A DNA stretch of 64,000 bases from Saprolegnia diclina VS20 (lineage: Eukaryota): positions 227,219 to 291,218 of the forward strand of contig NW_008246083.1 of assembly GCF_000281045.1 (NCBI RefSeq). Reading direction: 5' to 3'. Numbering within the stretch: position 1 is the stretch's first letter; every line of letters starts with the position of its first letter. Position numbers and translations under genes: made by a program. Of this stretch, positions 13,329-25,579 are shown in pieces. The notes under the pieces were generated by a model. It was not told where the DNA came from. It ran no database searches and saw only the letters and a list, made by a program, of their open reading frames with translations.

Positions 13329-14284
13329 GCCACGACACCGTTCTTATTTATGATTCTTATACACTATTGTTGCCCAACGAGTCGACCTCTTCTTGCTCCG
13401 ATGGCATTGACTCGGTTGCCCACGTCCTCGTGCAGCTTCGACGAGCACACACCATGTGGCGCGTTGGACGACGACAAGGCGACTGGGAAATTCGGTCAAA
13501 ATTCCTGCAAATTTACGCAAAATTATGACGTGGCGCCACCAGCTGTCCGAAGGCGCATCATAGTAAACAGCACCAGACGCCAACGCCAACGAAGGGAGGC
13601 CAGCGACCACGCTCTCCACGAGATTCGAAATTCTCGTCTTCAACGAGGAGCGGCGAGCTTGCCGAGGGTCGGAGAAGAAGCTTCGCCGACCAGCTTTGTA
13701 CCAAATTCTACCACCCTCACGGTCGCAAAGGATGTGTAGCTACTTCTTGCGTCCCCGGACAAGCAGCGATCCGAGATCCTTCGCTCGCACGATGATTTGT
13801 CGGTCCATCCATGCAGCTACTGCACCGTGGGACCGTCGTTCCTGCGACATCATCCCCTTTCCCGACGCTATCATGACGCAGTTGGCGACGGCTGAGCACA
13901 GTGGGCCACGCATGGTTCCGGTCTTGCGCCCGCTCGCTCGACGTCGGACGTTGTTGGCATCGTACACGAACGAAGCGCACCTCGTGCTCTGCCGTGGCCG
14001 TCGTCGCATGCTTGTGTAGCTAGCTTGGCAATGGCGCATCTGCATACAATTACAAGCGGTCGCCAGCCCATCATCCCAGACGCAGCGAGGCCATCCTCCG
14101 CGTCCACGTTTTTGCAGCGCAATGGCCGCGTCGCGGAGGAGGAGCGGCCGCCTCGGGCGTTATTTTAGCCTTCCATGGCTGGAGCCGCCGTCGATGGCCG
14201 AGCGCAACAACGCGCGGCGTCGACGCGATCTTTCGAGTCCGGATATGCCCGACGTCTATGCGGCCACAATCGCACCACAGCCAC

Positions 14285-15115
14285 ATGAACATCCTCGACG
14301 TGATCCGGGGCGGTGCCACCGACGCCCACGTGCGCGGCGGGTCGCCCAAGCTCGGGCCCGTCATGCGGTCACTCTCGTGGCGCGACAAGTACATCAACCA
14401 GGCCGAGTTCGCCGTGCCCCTGAACGGCGCGCGGACGCTGCGCATCAAGCAGCTACCGAACGGCGAGACAACGGGCCTCGGGACCGGGCTCACGGTCTGG
14501 CCGGCCGCGGTCGTGCTCCTCCAGTACCTCGTGCATCGGTATGGGCACCTCGGCTGCAAGCGCGTCGTCGAGCTAGGTACGTTCCGCGCATGATGTGCTG
14601 TATACATTCTTGTCTGAAAATGACAGGCATTAGGCTGCGGCACGGGCGCCGTGGGGCTGGCGGCCGCCATGCTCGGTGGCCGCGTCGTCTTGACGGACCA
14701 GGCCCAAGTGCAGTTTCTCATGCGCGAGAACGCGGCTTTGAACAACGTGTCGGTCGAGCTCTGCGAGTACGACTGGGGAAAGCCGCTCGTCGGGCCGCTC
14801 GCGACGCCGGTCGACCTCGTGCTCATTTCCGACTGCATCTTGCCCAAGCTGTACCCGATCGAACCGCTCGTATCGGCCATCGACCTCCTCTGCGGCCCGT
14901 GGACGCGCGTCCTCATCTCGTTCGAGTACCGGTACTTTCCCGCGTTCGACCCCAAGGCGCGCTTCTGCGCCCTCCTCGATACTGTTGGTCTTGAGCTACG
15001 CACGATCCCGCTCACGGAGCAGCACCCGAGCTACCATGTCGAGGACATTGAGCTATGGGAGATTGCGCGCATGCGTTCTCGTCGTCGCCCGATCTTGGAG
15101 ACGAGAGACGCGTAG
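14285..15115 (+). CDS. METTL21-like (Methyltransf_16) protein methyltransferase
   Basis: TGLTVWPAAVVLLQYL, VVELG|CGTG across intron 14577-14633, VLTDQ, YDWG, LISDCIL. Confidence 0.85.
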
Positions 15116-15534
15116 GCGTAGTGTATCTGTGTTGTATCCAGCGCGTTTGCGAGTACTTTGCGTGAGCCAAGGCTGCCGTTCCCGCCGGCGAAGTGGGCGC
15201 CGGCGTTCGGACTGGCCTGATCCCCTCGCAGAGGCCAATCGGAAGCCACAGGAACGTCTTATCCTCTTCAGGGCCCTTCGACTCGACATGCTCGCGCAGC
15301 CGCGGCGCTTGCCAGGCTAGACGCCGCCGGTCGCCAGCCCTCTGCCGGCGGCGCCGGCCATGCCACCGTGGACGTCGCCGCCATCGTCGTCGGCGCTGCC
15401 ACGTCGGCCGGTCGGTTTGGGCCCTGCGCAATATAATGATACGGGTTTTGTATGCGACGGGAATAAAATTTGCGGCTGGCAGGCGCTGGGCCAAAAATAC
15501 GAACTGAGTTGTTTCATCACAACAGATAACGAGG

Positions 15535-18065
15535 ATGGGCGACGTGCGCGTCGTAGTCCGCGTGCGCCCGCCGAACGCGAGCGAGATCGCGCGCGGCAAC
15601 AACGGCCAGCGCTGCGTCAAGGTCGCAAGCCCGAGCCTCGTGCACGTGTACCCGGACGACAAGGCCATGGAGGCCGGCGGGCCGCCCAACTCGTTCACGT
15701 TCGACAACGTCTTTGGCGAAGACTCGACGCAGAAAGAGGTCTTTGAGGCCGTCGCCAAGCCCGTCGTCGCCGACGTCCTCGAGGGCTACAACGCGACTAT
15801 TTTTGCGTACGGCCAAACCTCGTCCGGCAAAACGTTCACCATGGAAGGCGCGTCGATCGACGACCCGGGCCTACGGGGCATCATTCCGCGCACGGCGACC
15901 GAGCTCTTTGCGCGCCTCATGGACGCCGACGAGAACATGGAGTTTGTCGTCAAAGTGAGCTACATTGAGATCTACATGGAGCGCATCCGCGATCTCCTCG
16001 ACCCGTACAAGACCAAGATCAACCTCCAAGTGCGCGAAGACACCGAGAAGGGCATTTACGTCGATGGCGTCACCGAGCTCTGCGTCACGAGCGACGACGA
16101 GCTCCTCACGACCATGCGCAGCGGTGCGATGAACCGTGCGGTCGCGGCCACGGGCATGAACGAGGGCTCGTCACGGTCGCACTCGGTCTTCATGGTGACC
16201 TTGTACCAGCGCAACCTCGAGACCAACTCGACCAAAGTCGGTACGTATCCCTCCAAGGCACGTCTCGTGGGCTCATCCAATGCATGAAGGCAAGCTGTAT
16301 CTGGTCGACTTGGCCGGCTCGGAGATGGTGCGCAAGACGCAGGCGTCCGGGAAGCAGCTCGAAGAAGCCAAGACCATCAACAAGTCGCTCTCGGCGCTCG
16401 GGATGGTCATCAACGCCCTCACTACGGCCAACGTGACGTTTGTGCCGTACCGCGACAGTAGGCTTGCTCCGTTGATGTCGACTGTCGAATGTGTCGTAGG
16501 TAAGCTCACGCGCGTGCTGCAAGAGTCGCTCGGCGGCAACTCGCGGACGGCGCTCATCATCAACGTGTCGCCGAGCAGCTACAACGCGCCCGAGACGCTC
16601 TCGACGCTGCGCTTTGGGAACCGCGCCAAGAGCATCAAGAACAAGGCCGTCGTCAACGCCGAAAAGAGCGCCGAGGAGTACAAGCAGCTGCTCGCCAAGG
16701 CCGAGAAGGCCATGACGATGCAGCAAAACTACATCCTCGTGCTCGAAACCAAGCTCAAGCAGCAGCAGCTCAGCGCGACGACGACGGACGCGGCAGTCGC
16801 CGAAGTCGCGGCCGTCTCGGCCCTCGAGAAGCTCCAAGTACGCATTTGACCTCGGTTTGCCGCTCGCCCTCACTGCGTTTTAGGAGCGCGTGGTGCAGCT
16901 GGAAGAGCAGCTCGGCGAAGAGAAGCAAGAGTCGCAGCGCCGCGGCGACGAGATTCGGTCGCTCACCAGCGTCTTGAACGAGTCGCAGCTCGAAGTCGAA
17001 GAGCTCAAGACGCAAAAGGAGTCGTTCGAGCGCCCGCGCGACGACCACAGCTCGCGACACCTCCTCGAAGAGCTGAGCCACCTCAAGCTCGAGCTCGACA
17101 AGCTCCAGTTTGAGAACGACGAGATCAAGCTCCACGTGACAACCCTCCAGCAAGAAAACGACCGGCTCGCGGCCGAGAGCGACCAGCGCGCGACCAGTGC
17201 GAGCGACGACGACCTCGTGGCGACCACCAACGCGGCCCTCGCCGCGCCATTGCCACCGCCGGCGCCGACGACGCCACCCCGCAACCTTGGCGCGAGCACG
17301 ATTCGGTTCGAGATTGACGAGGAGAAGGAAGCCCGCGTGTTGCGGCTCGAGTCGGACCTCAAGGCCGCGCAAGAGGAGCTCATGACGCACCAGACGCAGG
17401 CGCAAAAAGAGATCCAGCGCTTTACAGACGAGCGCCGCCTCCTCACCAACCAGGTACGCACACTCGAGGACGAGACAGTAGCTGCACACCTTGTCTAGAT
17501 CCAAGAGCTCGCCAACCAGCTGCAGTCGGTGCAAACAAGCCAGCAAGCGATTTCGACGGCAGCGACCGGCATGTCGGCGCGGGAGCGGCAGCACATGCGC
17601 TCGATCCAGCAAAAGCTCGAGCAGCTCGTGGCCGTGCACCGGCAGCTCCTCCGCAAGTACGCGTCGCTCGAGTCGGAGCACAACGAGGCGCGGCAGAAGC
17701 TCGGGCTGCGCGACGACCGCATCAAGAGCCTCGAGGCCAACACGCGCCTCATGGCCTCCAACATGCGCGCGCAGTCGGAGAAGCACCTCGAGGAGCTCAG
17801 CGCGCTGCATGTGCAACTCGCGGAGCTGCGTCGCAACATGAGCCAGGACACGCTGCCCGACCTCCCGGAAGAGAAGCCGACGCCGCTCCCGATCCGCCGC
17901 GCGGCCAGCGTCTACGTCAACCGCCAGGGCAGTGTCGTCGGCGACGGCGTCATTCGCCCGATCCGCGGTGGCGGGCGCCGCCAGTCGACGCTCGAGCCGT
18001 CCCCGGCCAAGTCGGACGCCGCCGGCGGCCTCGGCTTTCTCCAGCGCATGCTCGGCCTCAAGTAG
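15535..18065 (+). CDS. Kinesin-1 (conventional kinesin heavy chain)-like
   Basis: P-loop GQTSSGKT, switch I NEGSSRSH, switch II DLAGSE, VPYRDS|KLTR, coiled-coil stalk and IAK-like tail IRPIRGG. Four short introns. Confidence 0.93.
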
Positions 18066-18104
18066 GCTTCTATGATATTCGCAATACACTGCATTCGCTT
18101 CTTC

Positions 18105-21100
18105 TTACATGTCGCCCCAGTCGGCGTCGTCGTCGTCAAACTCGATCTCTTCGTCCGAGCGCAAGCCAAAGTCCAAGACGTTGCTCGGCGACGGCGGCAC
18201 GGCCGTGCTTCCTGCGGTCGCCGGAACCTCGGCCAATGCCTGCGCTTCCAAAGCCGCACGCGCTTCCTCTTCGGTGCGCGCCTGGGCCTCAGCACGAGCT
18301 TCCTCTTCAGTGCGCGCCTGGGCCTCAGCACGAGCTTCAGCCTCTGCACGGGCATGGGCCTCTGCTTCGGCAGCAACGCGAGCTTGAGCTTCGGCAGCCG
18401 CACGCGCTTGGGCCTCCGCTTCGGCGCGAGCTGCAGCCTCGGCGCGGGCCTGTGCTTCTGCTTGTGCACGGACCAGCGCTTCAGCCTGGGCACGAGCTTG
18501 GGCCTCGGCCTCAGCGCGAGCTNNNNNNNNNNNNNNNNNNNNNNNNNNNNNNNNNNNNNNNNNNNNNNNNNNNNNNNNNNNNNNNNNNNNNNNNNNNNNN
18601 NNNNNNNNNNNNNNNNNNNNNNNNNNNNNNNNNNNNNNNNNNNNNNNNNNNNNNNNNNNNNNNNNNNNNNNNNNNNNNNNNNNNNNNNNNNNNNNNNNNN
18701 NNNNNNNNNNNNNNNNNNNNNNNNNNNNNNNNNNNNNNNNNNNNNNNNNNNNNNNNNNNNNNNNNNNNNNNNNNNNNNNNNNNNNNNNNNNNNNNNNNNN
18801 NAGCGCGAGCCTGGGCTTCAGCCTGCGCACGGGCTTGGGCCTCGGCCTCAGCGCGAGCTTGAGCTTCAGCCTGAGCACGGGCTTGAGCTTCAGCGTGAGC
18901 GCGAGCTTGATCTTCAGTCTCTGCACGGGCTTGCGCTTCAGTCTCTGCATGGACCTGCTGCTGCAAGCGATCCGCTTCTTCAGCGGCCGACTCGCACTGC
19001 GCTTCATCTTCGTGACGGACTTGTGCCTGATGCTGGCCTACAGCACACAGAGTTGACGTCGTCTTCGTCACAGATATATTAAGTCAAAATTACGCTGCTA
19101 CATACCTCCGGTCGGCGCGCCCATGGCCTCCAAGACGTTCATGTCCAGAAGCGGCGACCGCGTCGGGTACTCGGCAGCGGCAGCGTGCACTTGACGCTCC
19201 TTCTCCAGCAGATGCGCCGCATTCAACGACGCCGCCCAGTTCTCAAACAACTCTTCGTGCTTGGCCGGGTCCGCCAGCGCCTTGGCCGCGCGCGTGCTCA
19301 CGAGCGCAAGGTCCTCGCGCCACGCACCCAGCACGTCGCCCACCTGGTCGGGTTGGTACGACCGCGCAAAGAACGCAGCTTCCGGCAGCCGCTTGGTCTC
19401 GACGAGCAGCGCCGTGCACTCGCGGAGTCGGCCGAGCAGAAGGAGCGCGATGAACGCCACGTTGTGCCGGTGCTTCTCGGTCGCGAGCGCTGCGAGCCGC
19501 GTGAGCCCACTTAGGTCGCCCTTGGACGTGTACAGCAAGAGCAGCAGACTCAGGTCGTCGGCCTTGATTGCGCACTCTTCGGCGAGCTCGTAGTTGGCGT
19601 CGTTGAGCGCGAGGTCACCAAGCTGCTTCCACTTGTGCTGCATGTCGGTGGCCGACACGTGCACATCGTTGGCCGCGCGCTCCATCATGATGGCCTTGGC
19701 CACGTCGAGCTTGGCGAGCTGGACGGCGAGGTCAAAGCGCTGGTCCGGGTCCGTGCTCAGCTGCAAGGCCTCTTCCTTGAAGCCCTGCGACTCGAGGAAG
19801 CGCGCGACCGCGTCCATTTGGTCGGACGGAAGGCGCGGCAGGATCGCGTTGGCTGCGTCAAAGTCGCGCCGGACGACCGCAGTCTGGTACTCGAGCAAGA
19901 CGACGTTGAGCGTGAAGCTCGTCACGTGCTTGGCCTTGTCCATGAGGAAGACGACGTTCTCGCGCGGAAGGTACCCGAGCAGGTACATCTTGCTCGGGAG
20001 GTGCGACACGGTCATGATCTCGCCGCCGACGTAGTAGTTGAGGCGGCCGGTCGCGTTCACATACAAGAAGCAGTCGCCGATCCACGTGCCCGACCCGACC
20101 TTTTCGCTCATCTCGTGCAGCAGCTCAAACGACCCCTCGACGCCGTCCGGCCCCGCCGCATGCAGATTCGCCGTCACTGCGTCGCGGTGGTAGCGCAGCA
20201 CGTAAAAGCTGGCGTCGCTTGCCAGCACGAGAAGGTCGCCGGCGTCCGACCAGTAGACGTTCTTGACGGACGCGTCGATCTTGCGCACAAAGCGGAGGTC
20301 ATCCCAGTCGTAGAACGCAATGCAGTCGGGCCCACGGACGCCGACGAGCGCGCCGCCAAAGAGCCCTTCGGCCGAGCACTGGGCAGGCTTGATGGTCTTG
20401 GCCTCGGCAAAGTTCTTGAAGAGCGTGAGCTTGGAAGACGACTCGCGCGTGACGTAGTCGCCCGTGCCCGTCGGCGACCACGCAAAGTCGAGCGCCGACC
20501 CAAAGCTCTTGTTGCGCAGCTGCTGCGACGTGTAGATGATGTACTCGCCGTCGCCGCAAATGACCACAAACCGGCCGTTCGCGTTGTGCTTGAGCTTTTG
20601 CGGAAAGACGTCGCAGGACCCGAGGTCACGGCCTGGCAACGGCACGCGCTCGCCGTCCTTGAGACTCAATTCGGCCACGACGCCCTTGAGACTCGCGGTC
20701 TGAATCTCGTTGTTATTGGCCCAAATGACCTTGCCGGTCGCGTCCATGCTCACGATCGGCGTGTCGTGGCCCAAGCGCAGGACGACGCTGCCTTCGTCGT
20801 AGCCAATCGCCATCTTGTTGGAGCCCTCGAGGCCCGCCAAGCACCACGCGCGCTCCATGCCATAGTTGAGCGTCGACTCGGCGCGGTACGTCGTGCTGTG
20901 CCACATGCGCACAGCGCCGTCTTCGCAGGCCGAGATGATGAGCGGGAGGCGCGGGTGGTAGAGCACGTCCGAGAGGTTGTGCGTGTGGCCGTCAAGCGTG
21001 TGCACGATCGTCTTGGTCTGGTAGTCCCAGACCTTGACGGTCTTGTCGTCCGAGCCAGAAATGAGGTACGGCTTGTCGCCGCCCGGGTAGTAGTCGACGC

Positions 21101-21717
21101 AGTTGACGCCACGCTCGTGGCCTTCGAGCGTAAAGTGCGGGTGGGACGAGCCGAGGCCCCAGACGCGCACGGTGCGATCGAGCGACGCGGTCGCAAACGT
21201 GTTGGTATCCTTCGGGTTGAACTTGGCCATCATGACGTAGTGGCCATGGCCCTCAAAGACCTGCGTGCACAGCCAGTTCTTATCCCAGTCCCACATCTTG
21301 ACCGTCATGTCGTCGGCACACGAGAGAACGATGGGCAAGACCGGGTGCACCTCGAGGTACCGGATGTAGTCCGTGTGCGCGTCAAAGGCTGCGACCTTGT
21401 CCATCGTGTTGTAGTTGAAGACGCGGATCTGGAGGTCGTCGCTCGAGGACACGATCCACTGCTTGCGCGCAATGAAGCGCGCGTTGCGCACGGGCAGCGA
21501 GCTCACTTCAAACGACTTGACGAGCTGCTGCTTGTCGTAGTCCCAGAGCATGACGCTGCCGTTGTACAGGCCGGTGAGCACCCATGGCTCGGTCGGGTGC
21601 AGGTCCACGCTCTTGACGCGCTCCGACCGGCTCGTGAGCTTTTTCTTGATGTCTAGGCGCAGCGGCTACGCATGTACAGGCGTCATTTCGCGGCCTCATG
21701 GGGCGGCCACGTACCAT
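18105..21717 (-). CDS. COPB2: Coatomer beta' subunit, copy A (with long repetitive C-terminal tail)
   Basis: ATG 21715-21717, intron, then [30 protein letters not shown]40 propellers and alpha-solenoid ([22 protein letters not shown]). Phase-1 intron 19038-19105 joins an AEAQAR-repeat exon ending [12 protein letters not shown]. Frame across the N gap is unverified. Confidence 0.93.
18240..18950 (-). repeat. Coding tandem repeat (AEAQAR / AEAEAQAR units) interrupted by an assembly gap
   Basis: Recurrent gcgagcttgagcttc / gcctgggcctcagcacgagct units on both sides of the N run. Confidence 0.9.
18523..18801. other. Assembly gap (N run)
   Basis: Run of n inside the tandem repeat. Confidence 1.
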
Positions 21718-22498
21718 GAGCAGTCCGGGTCGCTGGGGTATGGGCCACAAATCCGAAATACTCTGGGGATCGAAGTCATCCTGCGGAAACGGATATCGGC
21801 TCTCGCAGTTTTCATACATGGCGGCACGGGATTGGCTGAAATCCTGATAGCAAGAGGCTGTCATCACCCAACTTTCGCATCACCACGGTGCTCCATGGGT
21901 GTTGCGCTCGCTGCACAACGCCCCGTGCGTCGTCAATACGCCGAAAAAGACGTGCATTATATCTTCGCCAGCTTTGGTGCATGCGCAGTATTGGTACTTG
22001 GACGGAATGGAGACAGAGTAGGGTTAAAAGTGCGTGAAATTAGCAACAGTGTCCGAGGCGCATCTCCATACTACATCAGCAGCAGTACCGGTAGAGGGCA
22101 CCAGCGGATCACAGCAGCTAGCTTCAGCCTCCAGGCTTGAACGACAACTCCTCGTTCTCTTGACCATACTCGACGCCATCTACCGGAATGCTACTCGGCA
22201 CATGTCAAAGTGTTGATCTCGTAACAAGATGAGGAGAAGGTGAACATGCCGTCTCCACCGGTAGGATCAACGTCGCTTGGGCATTTTAGCAAGCGCGCAT
22301 TTGTCTGTTAATGCTTCAAGTAGATGAACCTTGGCGATGCAGTATCGACTCAAATATCTTTGCTAGTCCAAGCACGCCTCTCGAAGATCGCGATCTTGGC
22401 GCATTGTCTGATTGGTGCAAAAGGGTATTGATTTTAACCAATCGGGGGTGGCGATTGCGAGCCAAGCGTCGTCGGTGCCAAAGAAGAACCGGAGGAGG

Positions 22499-22807
22499 AT
22501 GCTGACCGAGAAGGAGCTCAAGATCAAGGTGGGCGTGCTGAAGCGCTCGAAGAAGGACGTCGGCTTCTACGAGAAGGAGAAGACGAAGCAGCTCGAGAAG
22601 ATCGCGAGCATGCGCAGCGACGCCAAGTACGACGACCACGACATCCGCAAGCAGCAGGAGGTGCTTGCGGAGACTGAGGCCATGTTGCCCGAGAGCTATC
22701 AGCGCCTCGAAGCGATTGCGCAAGAGATCGAGATGCTTCTGGAACAAGTGCCCGAAGGCACCGAGTGGGCCTGCATTGCCGAAGCCAACGAGCTCTTGCA
22801 CGCGTAA
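22499..22807 (+). CDS. TBCA: Tubulin-specific chaperone A
   Basis: ELKIKVGVLKRSKKDVGFYEKE...YDDHDIRKQQEVLAETEAMLPE matches the cofactor A pattern; about 102 aa. Confidence 0.9.
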   Translation: MLTEKELKIKVGVLKRSKKDVGFYEKEKTKQLEKIASMRSDAKYDDHDIRKQQEVLAETEAMLPESYQRLEAIAQEIEMLLEQVPEGTEWACIAEANELLHA

Positions 22808-22852
22808 GAAGAGGCTTTCTGCAGAACGATTAATGGTGATGTATATGCATGG

Positions 22853-23523
22853 TCATGGCGCTTTGGCCAGCTCGTCAAAGAGGTCCATCGCGCGCTTGCA
22901 GCTCGAGGGCACGACCGAGTTGCACCCGCCTTCGCACGCGTTGCGCTTGGCCGGGATCGGGCGCACGCTGGCGTACTCGACACACGCGCCTACGCCATCT
23001 CAGCGCGGATCGTATCACTCTATCGCACCTGCGCAGTCGACGCGGGGCATGCACGTCATACTGTCGGTCGCGTTGAGCAGCCGCTCGGCGCAAACCGCCT
23101 TGGTCACGGTCATCGTGCCGTAGAGACACCCGTTCGTGCACGGGTCGTTGAACTCGTTCCTAAACGCCTGGTTCAAACGCCATCACGACGAGAGGAGGCG
23201 GCGTACTCGGGGCAGATGCGCTTGCACATGTCGGCGTGCCAGCGCGACTGCACAGCGAGCGATGTGCAGTTGGCGCGGACGAGGTTGGCGCGCGCATCGG
23301 GCGAGACGTCAGCGGCCGGACGACTCGCCATGTAGACGCCGCTCACCACCAGGAGCGCGGTCATCGCTGCGCCCGCCAGCAGCGCCACGCGTCCTCGCTG
23401 TGACGACGTCGAGCTCGCATCGGCGTCGCGGACCTTGATGTCCTTCCAGTAGTCGGTCGCTTCCTTGTCCCAGATGCTGCCGCCGGCAGCGCTCTGCTTG
23501 ACGGCCGTCGCTCGGCGCTGCAT
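22853..23523 (-). CDS. Small type II membrane protein with a Cys-rich luminal domain, function unknown
   Basis: MQRRATAVKQ..., TM VALLAGAAMTALLVVSGVYMA. Two GT-AG introns join CKRICPRNEFNDPCTNGCLYG...CAGACVEYASVRPIPAKRNACEGGC...ELAKAP*. Confidence 0.7.
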
Positions 23524-23632
23524 ATTTGCTGTCAAGAAATCGAATGACGTGGCTAAATCTGGGACGAGTAATTTTAGATGGCGACGGTTTTTGCAGTTTA
23601 TACAGCGAATATTTTCAAATGGCCGAGCTTGT

Positions 23633-25579
23633 TCACACCATCGTCGTCACGGGCTTGTTGCTTGTGTCTTGGAGCTCGGGCACATGCAGCGCGCTGCGCA
23701 AGAAGAGGATGACGTCGACGAGATGCGTCGGCAGCTGGAGCTTGCGCGCGCGGAGCGACGGCGAGAGCACGTCTTGCACCGGCAGACAGAACGGGGTGAC
23801 GCTCAGGTACGATTTTGCCAGCGTCGCCATGTCGCCAAAGACGTGCACGTTGACCTTCCACCACGCGAGCGGGTCGACGAGGTCGGTCGGTGACGCCGCT
23901 GTCAACGACGTTGCTGCGTCCAAGTACGTCTGCACCGTCGCTTGGAGTGGCAGCGCCGAGCTGTCTTCGAACGGGTACATGTCGCTCCACGCCATCATGA
24001 GGCTGTCCTTGCCGCGCTTCGGCAAGCACGGCGTCGACGCCTCGACGTCATTGGCCTCGGCCGATGGTTTTTCCATCGACGCGCTCAGCGTCACAAAGGC
24101 TGCGTGCTTCTCGTTCGGACTCAAGAACGGCAGTGTCTTGAAGCGTGGATCGAGCGCACAAATGACGTGGCAGATCGACGGCGCGTGTTTCAACAGGGCC
24201 ATGACGCCGGTCGCGAGAGCTTTTTGGATCGGCGACTTAAAGCTGCGGAGACGCTTGGCGATGCCATGCAGCATTGCAAACACGAGCGACGCCAAAGGCT
24301 CGAGCACAGTGGACTCGAGGAGGCAGTTTTGCAGCAGCGACTGGATCGGCACGAGTACCTCGGCCATGTCCTTGAGCGTCGCCCAGTCTTCGGCCGCGAT
24401 CTCGTCCTTCCAGACACGTTCGGCTGCGACGACCTGCGAGACCATGTCGCACGTTGACCACCACGAGGATGTCGGCGTGTCGAGCGGCGTGTTGTGGCAC
24501 GGGCTCCGCAAGAGGGCCTCGCGGCACCGGTGGAGCACGTCGGCGGCGACGTCAAAGATCGACCGCACGAGGTCCTCGAGCTGGTGCAGTAGACACGGTA
24601 CAAAGACGATGTTGGGAAACGACGCCTGCAGCGCGCTCAGCGGGCAGTCGCGGCCGAGGGTGACGGCTACGAGGTGCGACTCGAGGCCATATGTCTCAAG
24701 CAGCGCCCGGAACCACAGCTCAAACGGCCGGTCGCCGCCGACGAGCGAGATATCGAGGGCGCACTGCCGGCGCTCGAACGCATCGGTCACCCAGTGCGCG
24801 GTCGCCACGTAGACGCAAAACGACGGCGAGCCAAGCTCCCAAGTGTCGATCGAGAGCGACAGCTTGGGCCGCGATGCGACGAGGTAGGTGTGGAGCGCAC
24901 TCCGTAGTGAGAGCGCAGCCTCCCGCAGCATCGCAAGGAGCGCCGGGCCTTGCAGCGACTGGAACGACCCGGTGGTCTTGGACTTGAGCAAATTGAGGAG
25001 GTCCGCGTCCATCTCGAGCGGTGCGTACTGCGCGACCGCGTAATGGATCCACTGCTGCGTTTGCGCCATCGACTGCTTCGTCGGACGCAGAGGTAGCTTG
25101 GTCTCGTCGGCGGCTTTTGCGCTCTCGCCGACGTCGGGCGACGCGGTCGGTGGGACGATTGCCAGTGGCAGCCGTAGCACGTTGCTGCTATGCTCGCTTG
25201 GCTCGTAGTCCTCGGCGCACTTGCCCGGCGCGTAGATGCCATGCTTCCGGCGCAGATGGCGGTTCATCGTCGATGTGCCACCCGAGTAGGCAAAGCGCGT
25301 CGAGCCTTCGGGGATGCAGTGGAGACATACGATGGACTTTCTGTCCTCAGACTTGCGAAAGTGCTCCCAGATGAAGCTCGCATTAATGAGCCGCTTGCGC
25401 TTGCGATCGATGCCGACGTCCACGAGCATGGCCGTCGCGTCGCCCGAGAGCTCGTCGTCGTCGCGGAGGCGCTTGGCGGGCGCGTCAGGCGGGGGTGTGA
25501 CCGGCATCTCGCACTGAACCGGCTTCGTGACTGAACCGTTGGTTGACGTTGCACTCCGATTGGCTATAAACATAGACAT
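23633..25579 (-). CDS. BED zinc finger + hAT transposase-derived protein (ZBED-like), catalytic triad apparently degenerate
   Basis: BED finger IWEHF...CLHC...GTSTMNRHLRRKH; LSIDTW; PCLLH (CxxH); WWST; LDPRFK; hAT dimerisation motif DPLAWWK...LAKSYLS. Intact 648-aa single-exon ORF. Confidence 0.85.
   Translation of the reverse strand: MSMFIANRSATSTNGSVTKPVQCEMPVTPPPDAPAKRLRDDDELSGDATAMLVDVGIDRKRKRLINASFIWEHFRKSEDRKSIVCLHCIPEGSTRFAYSGGTSTMNRHLRRKHGIYAPGKCAEDYEPSEHSSNVLRLPLAIVPPTASPDVGESAKAADETKLPLRPTKQSMAQTQQWIHYAVAQYAPLEMDADLLNLLKSKTTGSFQSLQGPALLAMLREAALSLRSALHTYLVASRPKLSLSIDTWELGSPSFCVYVATAHWVTDAFERRQCALDISLVGGDRPFELWFRALLETYGLESHLVAVTLGRDCPLSALQASFPNIVFVPCLLHQLEDLVRSIFDVAADVLHRCREALLRSPCHNTPLDTPTSSWWSTCDMVSQVVAAERVWKDEIAAEDWATLKDMAEVLVPIQSLLQNCLLESTVLEPLASLVFAMLHGIAKRLRSFKSPIQKALATGVMALLKHAPSICHVICALDPRFKTLPFLSPNEKHAAFVTLSASMEKPSAEANDVEASTPCLPKRGKDSLMMAWSDMYPFEDSSALPLQATVQTYLDAATSLTAASPTDLVDPLAWWKVNVHVFGDMATLAKSYLSVTPFCLPVQDVLSPSLRARKLQLPTHLVDVILFLRSALHVPELQDTSNKPVTTMV

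Noticed and set aside
18240..18950. Repeat as a CRISPR array or a separate TolA-like gene
   Set aside because: No unique spacers or cas genes, eukaryotic context, and it splices onto beta'-COP.
19635..21656. Long antisense ORFs (also 5897-7609, 26520-28463, 39273-41267)
   Set aside because: Shadow frames of GC3-rich genes on the opposite strand; no independent motifs.
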